In this document: in pieces, positions 36,539 through 46,539 of the stretch
Layout: every line of letters starts with the position of its first letter
How positions within the stretch are numbered: position 1 is the stretch's first letter
From: an uncultured Planctomycetota bacterium
GTDB taxonomy: Bacteria > Planctomycetota > CAZGEP01
DNA length: 60,890 nt
Direction of reading: 5' to 3'
NCBI GenBank assembly: GCA_964524955.1
Contig: CAZGEP010000006.1
Span: forward strand, 1 to 60,890
Notes under the pieces: generated by a model
Databases searched by the model: none
What the model was told of the DNA's origin: nothing
Seen by the model: only the letters and a program-made list of their open reading frames with translations
Translations under genes and position numbers: made by a program

Positions 36539-38494
36539 TCACTTTACAGCGCGCACACTCACGCTGCCGCCGCGTTTGAGAAGAATCAGGGGAGATTCGT
36601 AAAGCGGAAACGCATCCAGCTTGCGATTGTTGGTTGAGCGGATCGCGGCGGCGTTTTTCTCTCCGATCCAGCGCAACCGAAGACAGGTTTTATCTTCGTT
36701 CCAGGTGATGTGGCGTGTGCCGTCGGAATGCGTTTCATTGATCGTCCATCCGGCAGCCGCTTGACTGAATTTTCTGAGGCTGCCGACCGTATCCACGGTC
36801 GCAATCCGGATCACAAACCCGCATGAGAGATTGTTTATACCCACCTTTTTCTTCGGTCGGTAGCAGACCAGGCCGTGCAAACAGACACCGACCTTTTTAG
36901 TGGGAAGGAGCGAATAGCCGCGCGGAACAACCGTTGACGGGTCATTCGGGGCAACGCCCAGACAGTCGAGCAGGCGGATGGCAACGCACGTCTTCCCCAC
37001 GCGCCAGGCAATGACCGTACCAGGTTTGGGCTCCATCCGGTTCCGCGTATACGGCCTGCCGTTTACCAGAATCTCATCCAGCATTCCACCCGGTGTTGCC
37101 CCGCCGTCAGAGTCCTGGCCTTCGCGCGGCTCAATGACCAGCCGCATGTATCCGTTCTGCTTTCGTCCCTTGAGATCCGCTTCATACAGGACAATCGCGC
37201 GCGGTCCTTCCTGATGGTGTGCAAACGTAATGGGGCCGCGTATCCGTGAGTCCGGATCAACGGCAGGAACCGGGCGGATAAAGCTGGCCCGTTCCTCTGC
37301 TTTGGAACCCGCATACGTAATCTTAAACGGAATTGCCTGATCATTGGTGGCCCGGTAGCCGGTTTGGGTTCCCAGTGAGAACTCGGGCACCATGTAAAGA
37401 GACCGGTCCACGCGTTCATGTTTATGCTCCCAGCACGGATGGCTTGCCCGCAGCGACAATGGCGTCTGTTCAGTCTTTTGTGCAAAGAGCCGGATTCGTT
37501 CCGGCACCCGGTAGCTGTTTACAGCAAAATTGTATTCAAACGCCCGTTTTTCTCCGCGCAGTTCACTGCCGCACTGCTTGTATACAAGAAACGAAACCAG
37601 CGACTTTCCATTCAGACGGTCTCCTGGATATGCCCGGCTGTGCGTTCCCGCACCAATGCCCGCCTGCCAGTGCCAGTTCTGAAAGATGCCGGCGTACAGG
37701 AAATCAAGCAGCTGTCGAGTTTTACTGCGAAGCGATTTCGCGGATTGGGGTGCGTACGCCCAAATAAACTCCAGTGCATAGACATTCACCGCAGCGTAGC
37801 ACGGACTGTTAAACTCGTTGATCCCGTTCCGTGAAACATACGCAATCCACTCCTCCAGGCGTTTCTCAGCCTCTGTGAGCAGTGCGGGCTGCTCAAGTAC
37901 CCGACCAATCATCACAAGCGAGGCAGCCTTCAAAAACCAGATATTGTCGTAATGGACCGGGCCGCTGTGCCTGCGCACAGCTGTAAGGCAGAGCGGCAGC
38001 GCCTTGTGCAGCCGTTTCGCGGTTTCCTCGGTCAGCTTGTCTGCATGTTCAATCAGGTAATAGGACAGCCAGGGAGACATGAACGCAACCGCGTTCTGGT
38101 CGGTCGGCCGTTTCTGATCATGCCACCAGATGAAATTGCCGTACCATCGCGTGCCCTTGTCTCTGAGCCACTGATGGTCAAGCATGGCATGGATGATTGC
38201 ATTGGCGCGGGGGATGTCATCGCGTCCCTTCCGGTCCGCATCAAGCAGCGCTCCGGCGTACTCAGGGCTATGCTGGGCGATGTTGATCCGGCCGTCAAAC
38301 ATGTCATCAGTCCGACGCACAAGCTGGTGTTTGTTGTCGTAATACTTGTCTCCGTACGCAAGAACACCGTTGCGGATAACGCGGAGTCGTTTTTCAAATT
38401 CACTGTCTTCTGCTGTACATGTCAAGGCTGCCATCATCAATCCTCCAATGACCAGGAATGTTTTTGTTTTCAGTGTGTTCATTGACCAACCCAA
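36539..38494 (-). CDS. secreted protein, heparinase II/III-like polysaccharide lyase fold (putative)
   Basis: Signal peptide; DQNAVAF, NEFNSPCY, GTHSRAY motifs. Confidence 0.55.
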   Translation of the reverse strand: MGWSMNTLKTKTFLVIGGLMMAALTCTAEDSEFEKRLRVIRNGVLAYGDKYYDNKHQLVRRTDDMFDGRINIAQHSPEYAGALLDADRKGRDDIPRANAIIHAMLDHQWLRDKGTRWYGNFIWWHDQKRPTDQNAVAFMSPWLSYYLIEHADKLTEETAKRLHKALPLCLTAVRRHSGPVHYDNIWFLKAASLVMIGRVLEQPALLTEAEKRLEEWIAYVSRNGINEFNSPCYAAVNVYALEFIWAYAPQSAKSLRSKTRQLLDFLYAGIFQNWHWQAGIGAGTHSRAYPGDRLNGKSLVSFLVYKQCGSELRGEKRAFEYNFAVNSYRVPERIRLFAQKTEQTPLSLRASHPCWEHKHERVDRSLYMVPEFSLGTQTGYRATNDQAIPFKITYAGSKAEERASFIRPVPAVDPDSRIRGPITFAHHQEGPRAIVLYEADLKGRKQNGYMRLVIEPREGQDSDGGATPGGMLDEILVNGRPYTRNRMEPKPGTVIAWRVGKTCVAIRLLDCLGVAPNDPSTVVPRGYSLLPTKKVGVCLHGLVCYRPKKKVGINNLSCGFVIRIATVDTVGSLRKFSQAAAGWTINETHSDGTRHITWNEDKTCLRLRWIGEKNAAAIRSTNNRKLDAFPLYESPLILLKRGGSVSVRAVK

Positions 38495-38578
38495 TCCTGC
38501 ATAGTAGTGTTACCCTGCAAATAAATTTGCAGGATACGCCCTGTTTGTAACCGGAGCGTATAATAATGTAGTAATGGC

Positions 38579-39244
38579 CTACGTTTTTTCCTGCACCTTG
38601 CAGGGATATGTATTAAACAGCAAATCATGCCACATTCGCCTGTCTTTTCTAAACCATACCATTGGGCAGCTGACAAAGAAAAGAGCACAGGAAATAAACG
38701 AAAGTATACATCGCAGCAGTGCCTTGAACAACGACACCCTTTCTTTACCGGAAATCACGACGTATCCTGTTATCGCCTGTCCCAACGACTGTCGCTGTCG
38801 ATAGACCGGTAAGGCAAATAAAACAAGTAATCCCATAATACTCATAATCAGGATTGATTCAATAATTATATCGGTTGAAACGCGATGAAACCGGGCAAAT
38901 GACCATGCAAAACGTCCGGTGCGTATTCCTTCAACCAGCAACGACACCAATGCTGAAACCGCAACCACAACAATCAGGTTGAGCAGGAAATCAATCAGAA
39001 ATGCAATAAATCGTTTGAACAAACCAACAGGGACGCCTGCATCTATTTCAGGTCTTGGACGTTTATGTACGCAGATCAGAACGAAAACACTAAAGGCAAG
39101 TGCTATGACCGTATCAACGGAAGCATCGGCAAGAATAACATATTGTGTTTGCGATACGGCAATATTCACTGAAGCACCACCGAATGTAAATATGCAGATA
39201 AGCGCACAGATAAAGAGTAAGAAAAGAATATATTTATTGGTCAT
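38579..39244 (-). CDS. RDD family membrane protein
   Basis: KRFIAFLIDF, QSLGQ..TG..V, KALLR, RRMWHD. Confidence 0.85.
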   Translation of the reverse strand: MTNKYILFLLFICALICIFTFGGASVNIAVSQTQYVILADASVDTVIALAFSVFVLICVHKRPRPEIDAGVPVGLFKRFIAFLIDFLLNLIVVVAVSALVSLLVEGIRTGRFAWSFARFHRVSTDIIIESILIMSIMGLLVLFALPVYRQRQSLGQAITGYVVISGKERVSLFKALLRCILSFISCALFFVSCPMVWFRKDRRMWHDLLFNTYPCKVQEKT

Positions 39245-39395
39245 GGTTTCTCTTTCTTTAACTTCCGAAAATCATCGTAGCATTCACGGACCTTTTCAGC
39301 GCATTTAAGTATAAATGGCGCCCTTCCGCCAACACATCGCGTTCAGGAACCGATCTTTTAATTTCCGGCAAAGCCGGTTTATCTCTCTTTCATTA

Positions 39396-40103
39396 TCACT
39401 GATTATCTTGTTGTAATCCGGTTTGTTCATTCATATTTGCTTTAATCAAGTGATCATTTACCCATGAACGGAGCCCTTTGCTCCTGAAAGTGCCATAGTA
39501 AGAAGTAAAATTTCCGAACTTTACGACGATATCCCCGATAACACTCTCCGGGAAACGGGGATTAAGGTGAAGTTCGAACTGATGACTGGGTCCGGTAATA
39601 ACCACATACCACGAATCACTATAACGGGGATGATTGGGTGAGTGCCCTTGAGCATCTGCTATGCCTTCAGCAAATGCCTTGAGTGTTTGTGGATCCGTAA
39701 TACGTATAATACATTTCCTTTTGTGTTTGTCAAAGACTTCAATTCGTTTCAGGTTTTTGGATTTCAATTGCCGGATTCTTTCAAGGTTTCTCATTTCTCT
39801 TTGCATTTGAGGTAAATCAAATCCAAAGGCTATAATGGTCATTACGAGTGAAAGAAAACCAAGAGCACATGTCAGGCCGATCCAATCTCGATCTGCTGGC
39901 TTTGACCGGATATGCCACACTACACCGAAGACAAAGCCTGGAAACGTTCCTGCAGTTCCGCCAAAAAAAGAGTTTTCGAACCAGCTATAATGAGGTCTAA
40001 GCAAAATGCCAATGACGCTTCCTGCAAGTTGACCAAGAACCATGGCTACAACAATCCGCCAGACAGGTTTGAAATCATTTAATCTACATGGTTTGTTATT
40101 CAT
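39396..40103 (-). CDS. hypothetical membrane protein
   Basis: Three hydrophobic segments followed by a soluble domain. Confidence 0.7.
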   Translation of the reverse strand: MNNKPCRLNDFKPVWRIVVAMVLGQLAGSVIGILLRPHYSWFENSFFGGTAGTFPGFVFGVVWHIRSKPADRDWIGLTCALGFLSLVMTIIAFGFDLPQMQREMRNLERIRQLKSKNLKRIEVFDKHKRKCIIRITDPQTLKAFAEGIADAQGHSPNHPRYSDSWYVVITGPSHQFELHLNPRFPESVIGDIVVKFGNFTSYYGTFRSKGLRSWVNDHLIKANMNEQTGLQQDNQ

Positions 40104-40274
40104 CTTTTTTTCGTGTTTTTCGTTTATTTCGTGGTTCTCAATTATTTAAAGCAGTACTTTGTGCCCTGCGTGGTTTATATTTTATCAAACTTTTTTCCGC
40201 CTGTGGGCGGATCAAAAACATGGCTCTGCCGACCTTTCAATCTTTTCAAAAAAGCGAACTTAAATAATCTGTAC

Positions 40275-41915
40275 TCAGTCCAGTTTGCGGAGGATTTCCA
40301 TGTAGGTCTGAAATGCAGCATTGGGTTCTTCAAACCGGTCCATGTATATCTTCTGCAGCGCCTTGATGGAAATTCGCTTTCCCTTGACTGCTGAATAGAG
40401 CCGTTTGCCCAGCATATACCCCAGCTGCGTGCTTACGGTCCGCGGCAGCATGGAGCGGCTCGAATAGAGCTTGTTGAATGCCTTTCGGAATTCTGAAGGT
40501 GTGTCGTGTTTTTTCTCCAGCGCTTTATGGCGGATGATAAATCGTGCGGTCTTGAGTCTGCGTTTTGCCTCAGCGCTTCGGCATTCACTGCCGTGGGCCC
40601 GGACAAAGTGCTTGAGAGAGGTAAGAGAATTGACCTGGCGCTTGGGAACAATCAGCCGCGAGCCGTAGAACCCCAGACATTCCGTGATCACACGGATATA
40701 AAACCGGTCAAAGGCACCGGCCGGTCTGGATGGGAATCCCCGCAGTGTGGCATGGACAAAGTGAGCGGCCTCTTCCGCGGCCATGGTCAGGCTGGAATTG
40801 GGCAGATAGATGATGTATCCGGGGGCATTGTCGTTCATAAATTCCAGCAGGAATCCTTCGCTGGCAGCGATCTTTTTCCGAACCATGGGAAGCATGTGAC
40901 GGAGCCGTTTATCGCTTTCAATCCTGCGCATGAAGTCGAGGTCTTCGGCATAATAGACGGACAGATTCTCCAGTGCATCCTCAGGGCACGGCACATCAAT
41001 AAAGTCACAGATCGTACAGACCAGGTCGGGTATGGTAACGGAGGTTCCGCTCTGGATCTCTTCCCACGCGCCCCGGATCGGATAATACGCATCTGCGTCA
41101 TACTCCAGCCAGTTGATGTAGGACTGGAGTTTGTTGACCGGCGTGGTGGTCATGATGCAGAAGCTGTCCTCGCTGATCCGCAGGATATCCTTGTCTTCTT
41201 TTTCCTGCTCGGCCAGCTGCCAGTAGAGGTCTTCCACATTTTGATAAATGATGGTGCGTTTCAGAACCACGTCAAACACCTTGAGACGCTTTTCCACACA
41301 GGACGGAAGATGGCAGGGCGCGATATGAAAGTCGCCGTCCATCACGTAAATCAGATGATCCGGATACCGGATCGCGGCCTTACCGATAATGATGGAGGAA
41401 TACTCGTCTCTGGCTTTGAGATAATTCGCTGCACCGGTCTGGTCGGAGTTGATCCCCAGCACCGGAATGTTCTTTTTTTTGCAGAAGTCCAGCAGCGGTT
41501 TCCATTGCGACCATTTGAAGCGCCACTTATTGTTGTAGTCAATTTGCCGGAGAAACGCGGACTGGGTCATCTTCCCGGCCATAAACCGGTCAATCCATTT
41601 CTGGTCGCTGCCGTAAAGCATTTCCAGACAGAGAACCGGTTTGCGGTGTTCACAGATATCCTTGAGCACAACCAGGACCGAATGCTGGGATGCCCGCAGC
41701 GTATGATAATCTCCGTGATATACAATATCACTTTCCTGGATCTGTCGGAAGAATTCCTGACGATTGGAGATGCGGTTAAAGGTCTGGACATATCCGGCGT
41801 AATCCCGCGCGTACCGGTTGAGCTTCCTGTCCGGAACCAGGCTGTCCCGGATGCGCTTGCGATTCTTTCTGTAATTGGCTTGCTGGTATTCCAGCAGCTC
41901 CTCTCGCAGTGGCAT
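40275..41915 (-). CDS. ChaN/Tiki-superfamily domain protein with C-terminal extension
   Basis: YHGDYH, LCLEML...Q..ID, ARD, GDFHI. Confidence 0.7.
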   Translation of the reverse strand: MPLREELLEYQQANYRKNRKRIRDSLVPDRKLNRYARDYAGYVQTFNRISNRQEFFRQIQESDIVYHGDYHTLRASQHSVLVVLKDICEHRKPVLCLEMLYGSDQKWIDRFMAGKMTQSAFLRQIDYNNKWRFKWSQWKPLLDFCKKKNIPVLGINSDQTGAANYLKARDEYSSIIIGKAAIRYPDHLIYVMDGDFHIAPCHLPSCVEKRLKVFDVVLKRTIIYQNVEDLYWQLAEQEKEDKDILRISEDSFCIMTTTPVNKLQSYINWLEYDADAYYPIRGAWEEIQSGTSVTIPDLVCTICDFIDVPCPEDALENLSVYYAEDLDFMRRIESDKRLRHMLPMVRKKIAASEGFLLEFMNDNAPGYIIYLPNSSLTMAAEEAAHFVHATLRGFPSRPAGAFDRFYIRVITECLGFYGSRLIVPKRQVNSLTSLKHFVRAHGSECRSAEAKRRLKTARFIIRHKALEKKHDTPSEFRKAFNKLYSSRSMLPRTVSTQLGYMLGKRLYSAVKGKRISIKALQKIYMDRFEEPNAAFQTYMEILRKLD

Positions 41916-42000
41916 CGAACGACCCTCTTGAATAAAGGAATATATTCCCTGATTTTACTTTCTGCATACAGATACTGCAAGGGTTAAAACAAGATTCCAT

Positions 42001-42105
42001 GTAATTTTGCCGGCGATTCTTCTCCGAATACATTTTGAAGAAAAAGAGCTGATAAAACAATTGGGTGATCGGTATTTGGCTTACAGGAAACAAACATGGT
42101 TCTGA
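42001..42105 (+). pseudogene. 3' remnant of an isoprenylcysteine carboxyl methyltransferase (ICMT/PEMT) family gene
   Basis: Reads VILPAILLRIHFEEKELIKQLGDRYLAYRKQTWF*, matching the RI..EE..L....G..Y..Y motif; no start or N-terminal part. Confidence 0.55.
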
Positions 42106-42120
42106 TCGTTAATTGTATTA

Positions 42121-43865
42121 CCTGAATTTTGCACGTAAACACACTTTTCACGTTTGCCGATTCAAATTTTTGTCATCTCCTGACTTTTTCATTTTTTTTC
42201 TAAACTGATTTCATGTGGGTAATCCTCCTGTTGATTGTTCATTGATTGCGTGCAAAAAATATTTTGCACCATTCTCAACCCGTATTCCTGAGGGCTTCAA
42301 GACGGGTGCGATACTTAAACACAATCTTCTCTTTTCTCCTCTCGTCCATGTAATCCAAGAATTTTCTCAGCCCCGGCGCCCGGTCGTCATGACTCGAATA
42401 ATAGATCTCGTTTTGGTTTGAATGCGATGTGATTTTCATTGGCAGGTAGAGCAGAATCAGCCTGGCATACCTTATCGTCCGAATGCTCATGTCGCAATAA
42501 GTAGACGGGCCTTCCTCATTGGGGCTTGATTCTTTGGCGCTTGTCTGCGCAACGAGCTTGATCCAGCGCCACAGATTATACGCGAGCATGACAATTTGAA
42601 AATACGCGTGATTGCTGTGAAATTTCTTCGAAGGAATAGCACAGATACCTTCCCGCTGCGACTCTCCGATAAGATTTTCACAATCGGCCCTCTTATCGTA
42701 GCACTCGATCGCCTTGTGCGGACGCTTATCAAGGTTGGTCGAAAAGACGCGGTATTTGTATTCAGGACCAAAAAACGTCAATTGACACTCCTCCTTCTTC
42801 GCAGGCGGAACAACAATCCGCATTGCAACAAAGCGTTTGGCCATACTCCAACCCATGGACTGATGCATGCATTCATTATATTCATGTTTGCCCGAACGAT
42901 ACCACCCGTCCTCGGGAAAGTCCGGGGTGCATACTTTGTTGGCAAAAATATACTGATACCCTTTCTCTTCGCAGGCAAGAATGGACTCTTTGCCGATAAA
43001 TTCGCCGTCGCCACTCACAAGTATATTCCGGACACAATTGGGAAGGTATCTGTCGAAACTTCGGATGAGCTTGCCAACTTCATCGTTGGTGATGGTTGTT
43101 CCCCGACGCATGCTGCCGCAGAGGTACTCCCGTGTCTGCGCAATGAAACATAAAACCGGACGTAAGCCCTTTTTCCCGCGATGCTTTGTGTTGTGTCCTT
43201 TTCGGCTGCCGGCAACATCGCCGTAGACCGTGGCAACGGTTGTGTCGATATCGATGCGAACGGACTTCAGAGACAAACCGCAGAGTTGCCATACGCGGCA
43301 GCGTAATGCAGCGCCGAATTCAAGCAGAGACCGGGACTGATTGAGCCCCAGGGAGCGTACGTACCGCCAGAACGTGCTGACTGCTGGAAGTACAGCGACG
43401 CCTAAAATGCCACACAGTGCCGGGTCTCTTCGTACATAGAGAATATGTCCTACCCGGTTGAAGCCGATAAACAGGAGCATCAGCAATCCGTAAATCATCT
43501 TGTAGCATCCCAATTTTGTCTTTCTGGCGGGGCTCTTGTAATGGGACTCAAATATATTCTGGAAATCGAGAATGTCGAGCAATTTTACAAGTGCTGTTAT
43601 GCCTCCGAAGGCACTTAGTTGCTGATTGCAGAGTCCATGCGGCGTATCAGGCCCTATTTTACAGGGCAGAGCGGCCGATTGATTTTCCCCTTGATTTATG
43701 CGTGTTCTGAGGGTATTATGATTTTTGTTTTTAACCATCCGGGTGTCCTCCTTGAAATAAGGTGATTACTGATTGAATACCAGAAAAAACCTTATTATAA
43801 GCGGTACCCGGATGGTTTCTATAATTCTTTTTGTCCAAATCCTGGATCTTGGTGAAAAATTAAGG
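42121..43865 (-). mobile_element. IS1380-family insertion sequence
   Basis: Terminal IRs: CCTGAATTTTGCACG (42121-42135) and reverse complement of 43851-43865, CCTTAATTTTTCACC (12/15 match). Flanks are TATTA and TAATA. Confidence 0.85.
42275..43738 (-). CDS. IS1380-family DDE transposase
   Basis: SAFGG, IDIDTTV..VYG, SGDGEF, Y.KRA.CEN.I.E, N.AYFQ..MLAYNL. Confidence 0.92.
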   Translation of the reverse strand: MVKNKNHNTLRTRINQGENQSAALPCKIGPDTPHGLCNQQLSAFGGITALVKLLDILDFQNIFESHYKSPARKTKLGCYKMIYGLLMLLFIGFNRVGHILYVRRDPALCGILGVAVLPAVSTFWRYVRSLGLNQSRSLLEFGAALRCRVWQLCGLSLKSVRIDIDTTVATVYGDVAGSRKGHNTKHRGKKGLRPVLCFIAQTREYLCGSMRRGTTITNDEVGKLIRSFDRYLPNCVRNILVSGDGEFIGKESILACEEKGYQYIFANKVCTPDFPEDGWYRSGKHEYNECMHQSMGWSMAKRFVAMRIVVPPAKKEECQLTFFGPEYKYRVFSTNLDKRPHKAIECYDKRADCENLIGESQREGICAIPSKKFHSNHAYFQIVMLAYNLWRWIKLVAQTSAKESSPNEEGPSTYCDMSIRTIRYARLILLYLPMKITSHSNQNEIYYSSHDDRAPGLRKFLDYMDERRKEKIVFKYRTRLEALRNTG

Positions 43866-43946
43866 TAATAACAGAAAATAATTGATTATTGATTTGCCAG
43901 AAATATAATGGGCTCGTTTTTTCATCATTGCGGAGGGTGTGAACGA

Positions 43947-45071
43947 GTGAAAAATGTACTGAAGGTGCTGTGCCTGTTTTGCTTTCTTTATCTTTTCTTT
44001 CTGAGTATAGGACTTATCGGATCCGGGTTCAAGGGGCTGGGCAATGAGGCTGCTCAGAAAATCATTGAGGTAACTTCCAGTCCATTTGTTGCCCTCTTTA
44101 TAGGTATACTTGCTACAAGCATGGTCCAGAGCTCTTCGACCGTAACATCCATGATTGTTTCGATTGTGGGGGCTGGCATACTGCCTGTTCATACTGCGAT
44201 TCCAATGGTAATGGGGGCCAATGTCGGTACCAGCGTCACGAATACATTTGTCTCAATTGGTCATATTACTCGAAAGGGAGAGTTCTCCAAAGCCGTACAC
44301 GCCGCCACGGTGCATGATATCTTCAACATTCTCTCTATTGCCGTCCTGTTTCCTCTGGAAATGTTGACTCGGTCTGTGTTTGGTGTCGGTCTTCTGGAGA
44401 AGGCAGCAGTGTCTTTCAGCAACTTTCTTGGAGAAGGAACTGATTTTAAATTCAAGAGTCCTGTTAAATTAATTATCAAACCGGTCATCAGTCAAATCAA
44501 GCATTTTCTGGGGCAGCTGAATCTTTCTTATAATGTCAGCGGAACGATCTTGATTGTTACTGGCTTTATTATTATGTTCCTGGCATTGTTTTTAATTGTA
44601 AAATTAATGAAATCCCTTGTGATTGAGAAAATTGAAGTTCTTTTTGATAAGGTAGTTGGCAAAAAGCCTTTTCAGGGACTTGTGCTGGGAATTATTCTCA
44701 CCGCCATTGTCCAATCCAGCTCCATTACCACAAGCATCATGGTGCCGATGGCTGCCGCTGGAGTGATTAATATCTATCAGGTGCTTTCCATTACACTTGG
44801 GGCTAACATTGGTACGACTGTAACAGCATTGCTGGCTTCATCAGCAAGTGGACCTGCCGGCGTTTCAATTGCCCTGGTTCATTTATTCTTCAATATCTCC
44901 GGATGTTGTATTTTCTGGCCCGGTCATAAAGGTGGGAAGCTTCCTGTTTACCTGTCAGAGAAACTCAGTCTTGCCGCTGCCAAACGCCGGTATATTATAT
45001 TTATTTATGTCCTGGTTTTGTTTTTTCTGCTTCCTCTGATGTTGATTCTGATTGACAAATATCTAATCTGA
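43947..45071 (+). CDS. Na+/phosphate cotransporter (NptA/PNaS family)
   Basis: Duplicated VQSSS and GANVGT/GANIGT motifs; likely GTG start after GGAGG. Confidence 0.92.
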   Translation: MKNVLKVLCLFCFLYLFFLSIGLIGSGFKGLGNEAAQKIIEVTSSPFVALFIGILATSMVQSSSTVTSMIVSIVGAGILPVHTAIPMVMGANVGTSVTNTFVSIGHITRKGEFSKAVHAATVHDIFNILSIAVLFPLEMLTRSVFGVGLLEKAAVSFSNFLGEGTDFKFKSPVKLIIKPVISQIKHFLGQLNLSYNVSGTILIVTGFIIMFLALFLIVKLMKSLVIEKIEVLFDKVVGKKPFQGLVLGIILTAIVQSSSITTSIMVPMAAAGVINIYQVLSITLGANIGTTVTALLASSASGPAGVSIALVHLFFNISGCCIFWPGHKGGKLPVYLSEKLSLAAAKRRYIIFIYVLVLFFLLPLMLILIDKYLI

Positions 45072-45095
45072 GCCTCGAAAGGATGGTGCTGCATC

Positions 45096-45788
45096 ATGCT
45101 TAAGAAAATTATTAAAGCCTGGAAATCCGAAGGGCTGCTGGTTGAAATATTCAGTAAATTTCAGGCAATGCTCGAAGAAACAGAAGAGATGTTCGAGACG
45201 GTTTACGCAATTGTGTTTGAAAAGAAAGAGGTAGACTTGAATAAGAAACTCTTCAAAACGGATATCCATGTGAACAAGGCAGAACGTAAAGTCCGGAAGA
45301 AAGTCATAGAACATCTTGCGATCCGTCCTTCAACGGATATGCCGTCTTGCCTGATTCTGATGAGCATTGTTAAGGATACCGAGCGGATTGGCGATTACTG
45401 TAAGAACCTCTATCAGGCCTATCAGCTTTCCGGAGAATCTGAAATCCTCCCTGAATATCAAGAACCGCTGCGACGTATGCATGAGCAGATCGCCTCTTTA
45501 TTTAAGGAAACAATGAATGCGATCCATGAACACTCCGAAGAATTGGGTAAAGAGGTTATCATCAAACAGTCTGAATTGTCCGACGAATGCGACAGCCTGA
45601 TCAAAACGATTGCAGCTTCCGGTAATCTCGATAATTCAAAGGCCGTAGGCTATGCACTGATGTGCAGACATTACAAGCGGATTGCATCACACCTTGCAAA
45701 TGTCGCTTCATCCGTAGTCGTGCCGGTGCATAAGATTGATTTTTATTATGAAAGAGGAGACGATCAGAAGAAACATTATATAAAATAG
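45096..45788 (+). CDS. PhoU-domain protein
   Basis: D..VN..ER..R, KDTERIGDYCKN, KRIASHLANV. Confidence 0.88.
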   Translation: MLKKIIKAWKSEGLLVEIFSKFQAMLEETEEMFETVYAIVFEKKEVDLNKKLFKTDIHVNKAERKVRKKVIEHLAIRPSTDMPSCLILMSIVKDTERIGDYCKNLYQAYQLSGESEILPEYQEPLRRMHEQIASLFKETMNAIHEHSEELGKEVIIKQSELSDECDSLIKTIAASGNLDNSKAVGYALMCRHYKRIASHLANVASSVVVPVHKIDFYYERGDDQKKHYIK

Positions 45789-45790
45789 GG

Positions 45791-46507
45791 TTAATCATCC
45801 TCAAGCTTGTATCCAACACCGCGTACATTCTTAATCAATTTCCCAACGTTTCCCAGCTTGTCGCGCAGGTTCCGGATGTGAACATCGATGGTCCGGTCTA
45901 CGACAATTTTTTCGTGCCCCCAGAGGCGATCCAGAATCTTATCTCTGGAAAAGACCCAGCCTTTCTTCTCCGCCAGAATTTGCAGTACCCGGAATTCTGT
46001 AGTCGTCAGGTGCACAGGATTGCCGCTGACAAGCACCTCATAACGGGCCAGATCAATAACGAATTCATCACCGATAACCAGTTGCTGCATGTTTCGGTTG
46101 GGTAAATCATGACGTCTGCGTATGACGGCCTTGATTCGTGCCAGCAGTTCTTTGGGTGAGAATGGCTTGGTCACGTAATCATCGGCACCCAGTTCCAGTC
46201 CGATAACCTTGTCGGATTCTTCCCCTTTGGCTGTAAGCATAATAATTGGAATCTGGGCAGTGTGATCATTCTGTTTTATCCTTTTGCAGACATCAAGTCC
46301 ATCCATATCCGGAAGCATCAAGTCAAGGATAATCAGCTCGGGAAGGGTGTCGCCCAGAAAGGTAAAGAAAGACTCCGCATTGGTAAATCCCCTGACCTTA
46401 AAATTGGCTTTTTCCAGATGAAGGGTCAGCAGCTCCAGAATGTCCATTTCATCATCAAGCACTGCGATCAGCTTTGTGTTCTTTTTCGTAGATGGTGTGT
46501 CATTCAT
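45791..46507 (-). CDS. OmpR/PhoB family response regulator (PhoB/PhoP-like)
   Basis: LDLMLPDMDG, MLTAKGEESDKVIGLELGADDYVTKPFSP, DRTIDVHIRNLR, VRGVGY. Confidence 0.95.
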   Translation of the reverse strand: MNDTPSTKKNTKLIAVLDDEMDILELLTLHLEKANFKVRGFTNAESFFTFLGDTLPELIILDLMLPDMDGLDVCKRIKQNDHTAQIPIIMLTAKGEESDKVIGLELGADDYVTKPFSPKELLARIKAVIRRRHDLPNRNMQQLVIGDEFVIDLARYEVLVSGNPVHLTTTEFRVLQILAEKKGWVFSRDKILDRLWGHEKIVVDRTIDVHIRNLRDKLGNVGKLIKNVRGVGYKLEDD

Positions 46508-46539
46508 AAGCATCTCCTGTTGGGCATTAAGCGCTGCTG

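Noticed and set aside
38495-40274. Integron cassette array
   Set aside because: No convincing RYYYAAC...GTTRRRY attC palindromes between the genes and no integrase in the window.
40506-41987. 493-aa plus-strand ORF
   Set aside because: Antisense shadow of the ChaN-like gene.
42116-43870. Exact target-site duplication of the IS1380 element
   Set aside because: The flanks TATTA and TAATA differ by one base and are also reverse complements, so a duplication cannot be told apart from an extended IR.
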